Source: Clostridia bacterium (GTDB taxonomy: Bacteria; Bacillota; DAOUPZ01). From it: a stretch of DNA of 64,000 nucleotides. Below the pieces are notes generated by a model. It did not search any database. It had not been told where the DNA came from and was given only the letters and a program-made list of their open reading frames with translations. Positions 48,059-55,858 of this stretch are shown in pieces. The stretch lies in the NCBI GenBank assembly GCA_030625885.1, contig DAOUPZ010000020.1, positions 3,728-67,727 on the forward strand, in the 5' to 3' direction. The position numbers were made by a program, and so were the translations under genes. Within the stretch, counting starts at the first letter, position 1. Each line of letters begins with the position of its first letter.

Positions 48059-48491
48059 TTTCTCGGATCGATTAAATATTTTGAGAAAAGAAAAAGGTAT
48101 TACATTAGATGCATTAGCTAAAGAATTAGAAACTACTAAGTCTACTCTTTCAAGATATGAAAATAATTTAAGAGAACCAAAAGCTGAGTTTGTAAATAAA
48201 CTTGCCAGTTTTTTTAACTGTAGTGTTGACTATCTCCTTGGAAAAACTGACATTCCTAATACAGAACATAAAGAACCTGAACTTACCACTAAAGATCACA
48301 AAGAAATCGAAACAATATTATCAGACACAGAAAAAGCCCTTCTCTCTCAGGAAGGACTTATGTTCAATGGCGAACCTGCATCAGAGGAAACAAGAAGAAA
48401 AATAATTGATGCTATGAGAATCGGTATGGAAATGGCTAAAAAGGAAGCCAAAGAAAAATATACACCAAAAAAATATAAAAAAGGTGACTAG
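48051..48491 (+). CDS. CI-like / ImmR-like XRE repressor
   Basis: 'FSDRLNILRKEKGITLDALAKELETTKSTLSRYENN'. Start set at the ATG 6 nt after AAGGAGG; the longer track ORF has no RBS. Confidence 0.8.
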   Translation: MATFSDRLNILRKEKGITLDALAKELETTKSTLSRYENNLREPKAEFVNKLASFFNCSVDYLLGKTDIPNTEHKEPELTTKDHKEIETILSDTEKALLSQEGLMFNGEPASEETRRKIIDAMRIGMEMAKKEAKEKYTPKKYKKGD

Positions 48492-48494
48492 CAA

Positions 48495-48923
48495 ATGAGT
48501 ATTAGAGACATCGTAGATAAACACATCAAGAAATATAATACTAATGACCCTTTTGAAATTGCTCAACATAAGAACATTGAGATTATCAAGCAAGACTTAG
48601 GTGATGTCAAAGGTTTTTATCAATATTTCAAAAGAAAGAAAATGATTTATTTAAATTACTCTCTCTCTGATCATGAACAAAGAATAGTTTGCAGTCATGA
48701 GCTTGGACATGCTATTTTGCATCCCAGGCTTAATGTTGTTTTCTTGGAGCTAAATACCTACTTTACTAAAAACAAATTTGAAATTGAAGCCAATAAGTTT
48801 GCCGCTGAATTGCTTATTAATGAAGATTATATTGATAAGTTTGTGCTTGAAAATATGAGTATTGAACAAATTAGTAATTATTTTGAGGTACCGAAAGAAT
48901 TGGTGCTGTATAAGTTCAGTTAG
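48495..48923 (+). CDS. ImmA/IrrE-family metallopeptidase (anti-repressor protease)
   Basis: 'CSHELGHAILH' plus 'EIEANKFAAELLI'. Lies 4 nt downstream of the repressor gene, as in ImmR/ImmA pairs. Confidence 0.8.
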   Translation: MSIRDIVDKHIKKYNTNDPFEIAQHKNIEIIKQDLGDVKGFYQYFKRKKMIYLNYSLSDHEQRIVCSHELGHAILHPRLNVVFLELNTYFTKNKFEIEANKFAAELLINEDYIDKFVLENMSIEQISNYFEVPKELVLYKFS

Positions 48924-49093
48924 GCTTATTTTTTTACCCTTATGGGTAATTTTTTACTTTTATGGAATATGTCGTAAGTCGTCTGCTTTTGTCGAACCTG
49001 TGTTCGTTTTTTAATGTTTATTACGGAGGTGATATATGAAAATATTTTTCAGTTAACAAAATAATTACAAAATTAAAAAAGGAGGAGATTTCT

Positions 49094-49909
49094 ATGAGAA
49101 AGTTTTTAATTATTTTTTTATGTTTATCATTAATGATTGCATTTGTGGGTTGTGGCAGTGAACAAACAGCGGCACCTGACAACACTAATAATGAACCTAC
49201 AATCACAAATGAAAATGTTTCTTTGCTTGTTTCAGAAGGGGATGAGCATAAAAATGCCAAAGTTGAATTAACTGGCCATGTTTTTTTGACACCTGAAAAA
49301 GATAGCAATGGGATTTATTTTCAAATGTATTCTGACGTAAAAAATGATGATATTAATACTTTAGTTGGCTATGAAGATCCAAACTTTGAATTGAATGATG
49401 GAGACTATGTAGTAGTCAAAGGAATTTTTAAAGAAACTCAAACAGCAGAAAATGCATTTGGAGGACAATTAACATTACCTGTTGTAATTGCTGACAGCGT
49501 AGAAATAAAAAGCTATATGGATGTAGTCGCACCTGCTATTCATACTATAGATGTTAATGAGACACAAGATCATTCAGGTTATGTTCTAACGGTAGATAAA
49601 ATAGAATTTACTGAATCAGAAAGTCGAGTATACGTTACCATAAAAAATAATACATCTGAAAAAATTCACTTCTATACTTTTAATTCAAAAGGTATTCAAG
49701 GAAATAAGCAACTTGAAGAACAAGAGAATTATGATGCTGACTATGAAGAACCACAATCTGAAATATTACCAGGCATTGAAACCAGCGGGATTATTGCGTT
49801 TGAACCATTTGACTATGAAGCAAAGCAATTAAAACTAATTTTTGAGGGTTCTTGCCAGTATTATGACTTAGAAATTAATCCATTTAATTTCGATCTATCA
49901 TGGGAATAA
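49094..49909 (+). CDS. Prophage-encoded lipoprotein
   Basis: Signal peptide with lipobox 'LMIAFVG|C'. RBS AAGGAGG. Beta-rich mature part. Confidence 0.7.
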   Translation: MRKFLIIFLCLSLMIAFVGCGSEQTAAPDNTNNEPTITNENVSLLVSEGDEHKNAKVELTGHVFLTPEKDSNGIYFQMYSDVKNDDINTLVGYEDPNFELNDGDYVVVKGIFKETQTAENAFGGQLTLPVVIADSVEIKSYMDVVAPAIHTIDVNETQDHSGYVLTVDKIEFTESESRVYVTIKNNTSEKIHFYTFNSKGIQGNKQLEEQENYDADYEEPQSEILPGIETSGIIAFEPFDYEAKQLKLIFEGSCQYYDLEINPFNFDLSWE

Positions 49910-49925
49910 GTTACTAGAATACTAT

Positions 49926-49958
49926 AAATACCCGCTCACCCGGGTATTTATTTTTTTG
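49926..49958 (+). terminator. Rho-independent terminator after the lipoprotein gene
   Basis: AAATACCCG-CTCACC-CGGGTATTT followed by ATTTTTTT. Confidence 0.75.
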
Positions 49959-49980
49959 GTTCCCTCTCCCCTTCCAATTA

Positions 49981-50009
49981 TTGAAATATGGCTATATGTG
50001 GTATATAAT
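49981..50009 (+). promoter_or_regulatory. Consensus sigma-A-type promoter upstream of the SIR2-like gene
   Basis: TTGAAA, exactly 17 nt, then TATAAT. Implies a ~250-nt leader before the ATG at 50264. Confidence 0.6.
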
Positions 50010-50263
50010 ACCAATGGGATATGAGACAATTCAAGAATTTGCAGCACGAATGAAACTACCACTGGAGATTGTTGAGATTTGAGCTAGGTATAATTACTAG
50101 CCTTGTTTTATTGAGGTTCAGGGGAAATATTTTACATGTTTGGGATATGTAACAAATTATTTGGAGTTAATTATAGAGTTGAAAACTAAAGTGACACTTC
50201 TCATAACTGAAATATTATTTTTCTCAAAGTAATTTATGTATTAGTTAAAGTTGAGGTGATTAT

Positions 50264-51643
50264 ATGAAAGAGGTAACAGAATTAACAAGAGAGAATGTTT
50301 TAGAAATCCTTTTCAATTCATTTAACTACGGTAATTTAGGCTTGTTTATTGGTGCGGGCTTTTCAAAAGCTGTTATAAATGATAGTTTTAACACCGCTTT
50401 ATCCTGGGGAGAATTAATTGAAACAGCATGCAAAGAAATAGGGGTTTGCGAACCACAAGATGAAATAGTAATAGGTATGTCATTCCCAGAAATATCTACT
50501 AAAATTTGTGATACAATCTCTAATGAAAAACATGTCCCGTATGAAGATGCAAAAACGATGTTCAAAAAAACATTATGTAATTTAACTAATTGGCTTCCGG
50601 ACGAAGAAAACACAAGTATTTTTAGCGAATTATTAAAACAAATAAATCCTTCTTGGATTATTACAACTAATTATGATTTAGTAATAGAAAGACTTTTAAC
50701 AGGAAAATGTGTGACATTAGGTCCTAATGATTATTTAACAACTCCTAGAGGTGTAATCCCTATTTATCATTTACATGGTATTCGACTTGATCCAGACTCA
50801 ATTATCATTAATCAGGAAGATTATGTGCAGTTATTTAGACCGAATGAATATAGACAAATTAAACTAGCATTGACAATTAAAGAGTCCACTACTTTAGTTC
50901 TTGGATACGGTTTAGGAGATGTAAATGTACTTTCTGCCGTAGATTGGTCAAAAAACATATTTAAAGAATCTAACGAATATCCACACGAAATTATTCAGGC
51001 TATAAGGACTGAAAATCCTTCAAACGAACCATATAAAGATAAAAACGGAAACATAATAATTGAAATAAAAGAGATAGAAGATTTCTTGCAAGAGTTTGTA
51101 GAGTTTCTGGATATTCGTAATAAAGAATACGATAAACGATTAGAAAGACTCTATGAAATAATTGGGGATTTAACGGATAATAGAGCAGAACAAGTTAATA
51201 TTTTTATTAACAATCAAGATAAAAGATTAAGTTTATTAGCCTTATTATCAGAATTTGAGCTACATATGGTTTCTCCTTATATTGATTTTATATCAGCGTG
51301 TATTGACAAAACATGGGAAGATTCATCTAAGGATGGTAATTTTAATGCTTACGACCAGTATTTAAAAATATTACTTGATATAGTTATTAATTATAAATAC
51401 AATAAAATGCCACCAGCATTATTTGAATTTGTTGCTTATTCACTTGACAAGGTTTTTAGATATATTGGTGACAGCGAAAAGCATTTATATTATGGCGATA
51501 GTTGGGATGCTACAAGAACATGGCATAATAACAAAAAATATATTCCAGATAAAATGATTAAAGAGCTATACCATTACTCTAAACAAAACTATATGCTACA
51601 ACTTCATAAGAAAGTCAAAAAATTAATTGAGTGTCCTTCATAA
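50264..51643 (+). CDS. SIR2-like (SIR2_2-type) NADase-family protein with helical C-terminal domain
   Basis: 'LFIGAGFS', 'IITTNYDLVIE', 'IYHLHG', 'INQEDY' and 'LVLGYGLGD' are the ordered motifs of the defence-associated SIR2 family. RBS GAGGTGA. Confidence 0.75.
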   Translation: MKEVTELTRENVLEILFNSFNYGNLGLFIGAGFSKAVINDSFNTALSWGELIETACKEIGVCEPQDEIVIGMSFPEISTKICDTISNEKHVPYEDAKTMFKKTLCNLTNWLPDEENTSIFSELLKQINPSWIITTNYDLVIERLLTGKCVTLGPNDYLTTPRGVIPIYHLHGIRLDPDSIIINQEDYVQLFRPNEYRQIKLALTIKESTTLVLGYGLGDVNVLSAVDWSKNIFKESNEYPHEIIQAIRTENPSNEPYKDKNGNIIIEIKEIEDFLQEFVEFLDIRNKEYDKRLERLYEIIGDLTDNRAEQVNIFINNQDKRLSLLALLSEFELHMVSPYIDFISACIDKTWEDSSKDGNFNAYDQYLKILLDIVINYKYNKMPPALFEFVAYSLDKVFRYIGDSEKHLYYGDSWDATRTWHNNKKYIPDKMIKELYHYSKQNYMLQLHKKVKKLIECPS

Positions 51644-51783
51644 AATTACTATGAATAGTTAGTAACAATTTGATATGTATGATATAGTAAAATATTGTTA
51701 TTACACATCGTCTGAAATTTAAAATTTCTCCTTCAATTATTTAATGACCTCTCCCCTTCTATCACAACCTAATAACAACTAAA

Positions 51784-51809
51784 GATACATCCTATGGGTG
51801 TATCTTTTT
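51784..51809 (+). terminator. Terminator within cassette-boundary element copy A
   Basis: GATACATCC-TAT-GGGTGTATC followed by TTTTT. Confidence 0.65.
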
Positions 51810-51992
51810 AACTTTTATGGAATTTTAAGGAGGTAATTATCTATTTTTGTCAAATATATATTTGTAACAATAAAAATATAAGTTATCTTTTCAAGAAGAA
51901 TATTGAATGCTTTAAGTATATATAAATTTCACTTATATAGTTGATTAATTATTTTTTATTTGATAGACTTTACTTTTTTTGGGGGTATGTAT

Positions 51993-53480
51993 ATGAATAA
52001 ACTAAGGAAAAGCCCATTTAAGCTGGACAAAATAGAAAAAAACCCAACTGGGTTTGGACTAAGAATAAAACAAATAACTGAATGCTTTCAAAATTTATAT
52101 AATAATCGAAGCTTAATTATATCTGGTCCAAGAGGTATTGGAAAATCTTCTTTAGGAGTACAATTACAAAATGTTTTTGCAGGTGATAATACATTACTTA
52201 AAAGGTGTTATATAAACGAAGAATTCCCTAACTCAGTATGCATCTATAAAGCCTGTTCCAAACAAGATACACTTGATCAAATAACTTTAGACATTTTATC
52301 AGACTTAGAAAATGAAGTAAAAAACCTTCAATTAAATTTTAATTGTAAATTAAATGCTTGTTTAGAATTTAATTTTGGCCCAATTAAAGCACAAATAAAC
52401 GCTGAAAAAGACAAAAAGGAATATTTACCTTCTACAATGGCAAATATTTTAGCAAATAGCTTAATAAAAACTATTTGTACATTTAACAAAGATAATCTTA
52501 ATTTAGGAATAAATATAATGCTAGACGAAATGGATCAACTTAATAGAGATATTAATTTTGGACACTTCATTAAAGTTGTAAATGAAACACTTAACAATAA
52601 AGGTGTGGAAAATATCACCTTTATTGTTGCTGGTCAAACTGGTATATTTAATAGATTTAATAATGAAGATAGATCATTTGAAAGAATTGTTAAACATATA
52701 CCTATTTCACCTCTAGATGAAGAGGCATGTGAATATATATTACTCTATGCACAAGATAAAGCTAAACCACCCTTTACAATACAACAAAATGCTAAAAAAA
52801 TGATTCTTTCATTAGCTTCAGGATATCCCTATGTAATACATTTAATTGGAGATGCTGCTTTTTTTAAAATGAAGAATGAAAAAACAATGACATCCATTGA
52901 TGTACTTAGTGGAATTGAAAATATTTTACAAAGCAATAAAAAAGAAAAATATATTGAAAAATTAAAACATATTAATCCTTTTGAAAGAAAAGTTATTATT
53001 ACTTTATCCCAGTACCACAGTAATGAAATTCCAGTTAAAATACCCATTAACTGGATACTTGATAGACTACTTAATAAAAATAATTCAATTGACAAAATTC
53101 AATCCTGTTTAGAATGTTTAGTTGAAAAGGGATATCTTAAAGTAAAAAGTACCCCACCAAATAATAATAAACTATATTATTTTGCCGAAGAATTATTTAG
53201 AGTTTTTGTTTCTCTTAAAAGAATTGAAAAATATGAAGTAGATGTTAATAGAAGATACAAAGACAACGAAAACTATTATCAAGCAAACATTGATCGCCCA
53301 TACCAATTGGACGAAAATTCATATAATGATCAATACTTTTTTGAGCATGAAATTGATAATGAACTAACTTATGAAATTAATAGTACAAGAATTGACGAAG
53401 TAATGAATGAGCTTGAAGAAGCAGAATACGATCCGGATTTTGAAGATACCGAACTAGACATTCTATATTATGATGAATAA
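51993..53480 (+). CDS. ORC/Cdc6-like P-loop ATPase with C-terminal winged-helix-like region and acidic tail
   Basis: Walker A 'ISGPRGIGKSSL' and Walker B 'NIMLDEMDQL'. C-terminal 'LECLVEKGYLKV'. Start chosen 7 nt after GGGGG. Confidence 0.65.
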   Translation: MNKLRKSPFKLDKIEKNPTGFGLRIKQITECFQNLYNNRSLIISGPRGIGKSSLGVQLQNVFAGDNTLLKRCYINEEFPNSVCIYKACSKQDTLDQITLDILSDLENEVKNLQLNFNCKLNACLEFNFGPIKAQINAEKDKKEYLPSTMANILANSLIKTICTFNKDNLNLGINIMLDEMDQLNRDINFGHFIKVVNETLNNKGVENITFIVAGQTGIFNRFNNEDRSFERIVKHIPISPLDEEACEYILLYAQDKAKPPFTIQQNAKKMILSLASGYPYVIHLIGDAAFFKMKNEKTMTSIDVLSGIENILQSNKKEKYIEKLKHINPFERKVIITLSQYHSNEIPVKIPINWILDRLLNKNNSIDKIQSCLECLVEKGYLKVKSTPPNNNKLYYFAEELFRVFVSLKRIEKYEVDVNRRYKDNENYYQANIDRPYQLDENSYNDQYFFEHEIDNELTYEINSTRIDEVMNELEEAEYDPDFEDTELDILYYDE

Positions 53481-53646
53481 ATGATGTCTAATTAACCTAT
53501 TAGAGGTATATGATTCTGATACCATGGAAATGAGCATTGAAACAACATAATAATACGTATGATCTTTCTGAACACTTAACCGTTACTGAAAGATTAATTA
53601 AAAAACGGTTAGTAATAAAATGAAAATTAAACAAGAATTATGAAAA

Positions 53647-53672
53647 GATACATCCTAGCGGTGTAGCTTTTT
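53647..53672 (+). terminator. Terminator within cassette-boundary element copy B
   Basis: Imperfect hairpin GATACATCC-TAG-CGGTGTAGC followed by TTTTT. Confidence 0.5.
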
Positions 53673-53782
53673 AACTTTTATGGGATTTTAAGGAGGAATT
53701 TGTTAATTTTTGTGGAAATATGTTAATTGTATGTTATTAATATGTGTCTTAATCCACTCTCTATGAATTTGGGAGGTCTATT

Positions 53783-54349
53783 ATGGAAGATTTTTTTGGA
53801 ATAGTTGAAGCCTTTTATGCTCGATTTATTTTAAGAGATTTATTGGCAAAAATAACTCCAGGGTCAATAGTTTTACTAGCAATGGCAAAGAATATTGCTA
53901 TAAATGATGTATTGATTTCATTAATAAGTAATTTTTCTTTTGTTTTTGGAGTCTTAATTATATCTATTTCATGGATAGTTGGCTTTGGGATACAAGGACT
54001 GGGAGAAAAATTAAAACTAATAAAATATCACGAAAATGAAGAAGCTCAAGAAAATTATAGTAAATTTCTTAAATATGGTGATAAAGACCAACAGAAAGAT
54101 GTCGAAAGAGTTGTTGTAATAAAAGAAACATGCGGTAATTCATATATTGCTTTGATAATAATGTTTATAATCAATTTATGTTATATGGTTATGGATGAAA
54201 ACTATGTATCTCTAAAAGAAATACTATTTAAAAATTTTCCTAATCTCATTATATTAATTATTTTGATATACTCTTTAAGGTATATGCATTTTGAACATGT
54301 AAAAAGGCAGAACAAAGTAGTTATAAATAAATTAGAAATAATAAATTAG
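53783..54349 (+). CDS. Polytopic membrane hypothetical protein
   Basis: 188 aa with about 4 hydrophobic helices. RBS GGGAGG. Confidence 0.5.
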   Translation: MEDFFGIVEAFYARFILRDLLAKITPGSIVLLAMAKNIAINDVLISLISNFSFVFGVLIISISWIVGFGIQGLGEKLKLIKYHENEEAQENYSKFLKYGDKDQQKDVERVVVIKETCGNSYIALIIMFIINLCYMVMDENYVSLKEILFKNFPNLIILIILIYSLRYMHFEHVKRQNKVVINKLEIIN

Positions 54350-54499
54350 TCGGGATGTAGCTTTTTATACAAGCATATCATTATTAGCATACTTATAATT
54401 TATAAAAAAATAAACTAATTAAAAATGCAGAGATTTATGTAATAAAATTATGGTTACCCCATATTGTATATTAATACTACATGGGAAGGTTGATATTTA

Positions 54500-55069
54500 A
54501 TGGAGAAAATATTTAAAGACATTGATGATAGCTTCTGGAAACAATTTAGGTCATATCTAACTAGCAAACAACAAATAAATAGTAAATTAGCTAATAAATA
54601 TCAAACTATAATTGAACATGCCTCATTATCGATTTTTATTAGCTTTTTGAAATCAAAAAATTGGAATTATACTTTATCTGGATACTCAGATACTTGGAGA
54701 TCAGGCGACAAAAATATTCAAAAAATTAATAATATTTTCGATATGTTTGAAACATTTATCCAACACAATAATTATGATCATTTAACAGAGAATGATACAG
54801 ATTGTTTTTGGGACAAATTCAAAGAATATTTACAGGAAAAAAAGAAGCTAAAAAATAAAACTGCTAATGAATATAAAGCTACTATGAGACGCGCTTCAAT
54901 ATTAATCTTCTTTAGTTTATGTGATAACCCTTATATATTATCGGGTTATAAAAATCTTAAAGGATCAAAAGAAATACATAAATCATCAAAATATTTTTAT
55001 GATTTTATTTCTACTCAATGGACTGAAATACAAAAATATGATATTAATGGTCAACTTAATTTATTTTAA
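54500..55069 (+). CDS. Internally duplicated helical hypothetical protein
   Basis: Two ~88-aa repeats share FW.(K/Q)F..YL......K.AN.Y......AS..IF.S......Y.LSGY. RBS GGGAAGG. Confidence 0.5.
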   Translation: MEKIFKDIDDSFWKQFRSYLTSKQQINSKLANKYQTIIEHASLSIFISFLKSKNWNYTLSGYSDTWRSGDKNIQKINNIFDMFETFIQHNNYDHLTENDTDCFWDKFKEYLQEKKKLKNKTANEYKATMRRASILIFFSLCDNPYILSGYKNLKGSKEIHKSSKYFYDFISTQWTEIQKYDINGQLNLF

Positions 55070-55239
55070 TATTATTGTTCCATGATTCACAATCCTATTC
55101 TTTTTTTACTTGCTTTTAATCAAATGATTATTTCACGCCATCAGCACCACCAGTACACCGTTTAGCACCGGGCGTTCACGCTTGAGCACTATTTGGTAAT
55201 TCACACTTCAACACCATCTATTCACCAATCAACACCAAC

Positions 55240-55291
55240 GCTATATAATGTATATTAAGGAATAATTATTCCTTAATATACATTATATAGC
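55240..55291. repeat. Perfect 52-bp AT-rich palindrome
   Basis: GCTATATAATGTATATTAAGGAATAA / TTATTCCTTAATATACATTATATAGC, verified base by base. Confidence 0.9.
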
Positions 55292-55359
55292 AACCCAAAT
55301 ATATCCAAAAATTGCTGTAACCATCATTATAAAGTTTTGTGCTAATGGGTTTTTCCAAT

Positions 55360-55405
55360 CTGCAATCCTGAATACACTTTGTACAAAGTGTATTCAGGAT
55401 TGCAG
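55360..55405. repeat. Perfect 46-bp palindrome at the istB truncation point
   Basis: CTGCAATCCTGAATACACTTTGT / ACAAAGTGTATTCAGGATTGCAG, verified base by base. Confidence 0.9.
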
Positions 55406-55573
55406 ATGAAAGAAATAGTTACTATCTTCTGCACTCAACTAAAGATAGAAGATTGGCACATAAAACTAGGTGATGGTGTTCTGGCTGATTCAATTCTAGA
55501 TAGAATAGTACATCGTTCACTGCGTATTAATGCAAGTAGCATAAATATGCGTGAAATTGAATCTGACTTATAA
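55406..55573 (+). pseudogene. IstB (IS21 helper ATPase) C-terminal fragment
   Basis: 'KEIVTIFCTQLKIEDWHIKLGDGVLADSILDRIVHRSLRINASSINMRE' matches the conserved IstB C-terminus (..W......lAdAilDRlvH......G.S.R). No Walker motifs are present. Confidence 0.65.
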
Positions 55574-55791
55574 TTTGTTTCAGCACTGCTTCTGAAAATA
55601 CGAAGCGGTACTGATGCATGAATTGCTAGTGCTAATACCGTGAATTCAAAGTGCTGCTACTATGAACTACCGGTGCTATTGTTGTGAAATAACCAATCAA
55701 ACAGGCAACACTGATTTTATTACTACATTATGGAAGATTAAGTATGTTCGATTATTACCTTTCCTATCCTCTATAGATAAATTAAATAATA

Positions 55792-55843
55792 CATAAAGCT
55801 AAAAGCTGCACCCATATTTTTAGGTACAGCTTTTAGCTTTATG
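55792..55843. terminator. Long hairpin (17-bp perfect stem) between convergent units
   Basis: CATAAAGCTAAAAGCTG with an 18-nt loop and CAGCTTTTAGCTTTATG. Lies 16 nt past the stop of the 672-aa gene. Confidence 0.6.
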
Positions 55844-55858
55844 TATTTAAATCAAATA

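Larger units (their letters stand above)
55125..55699 (+). mobile_element. Non-autonomous IS21-family remnant (istA lost, istB 3' fragment only)
   Basis: Ends TGATTATTTCAC / GTGAAATAACCAATCA are inverted. Five subterminal 16-17-nt repeats sit at each end in inverted orientation. An IstB C-terminal fragment lies inside. Confidence 0.6.

Noticed and set aside
50010-50263. Retron msr/msd, riboswitch or small leader peptide (MGYETIQEFAARMKLPLEIVEI, 50014-50082) in the SIR2 leader
   Set aside because: I cannot support any defined RNA family by eye. The mini-ORF start lies at or before the predicted transcription start and lacks an RBS. It is only noted within the SIR2 finding.
50264-51643. Calling the SIR2-like gene Thoeris ThsA
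   Set aside because: The length is similar, but the C-terminal region looks all-helical rather than SLOG-like. No TIR (ThsB) gene is present among the neighbours, so only the generic SIR2-family call is supported.
51826-51835. AAGGAGG inside the cassette-boundary element as an RBS for a hidden gene (also at 53690)
   Set aside because: No start codon lies at a usable distance and no ORF follows. The only ORFs are 3-codon ATG-GRA-TTT-TAA upstream of the motif. It is treated as part of the repeat, not a gene.
55121-55705. Target-site duplication flanking the IS21-like remnant
   Set aside because: The flanks (..TCAAA | element | AACAGG..) give no convincing 4-8-bp direct repeat, and the exact element termini are uncertain by a few nt.
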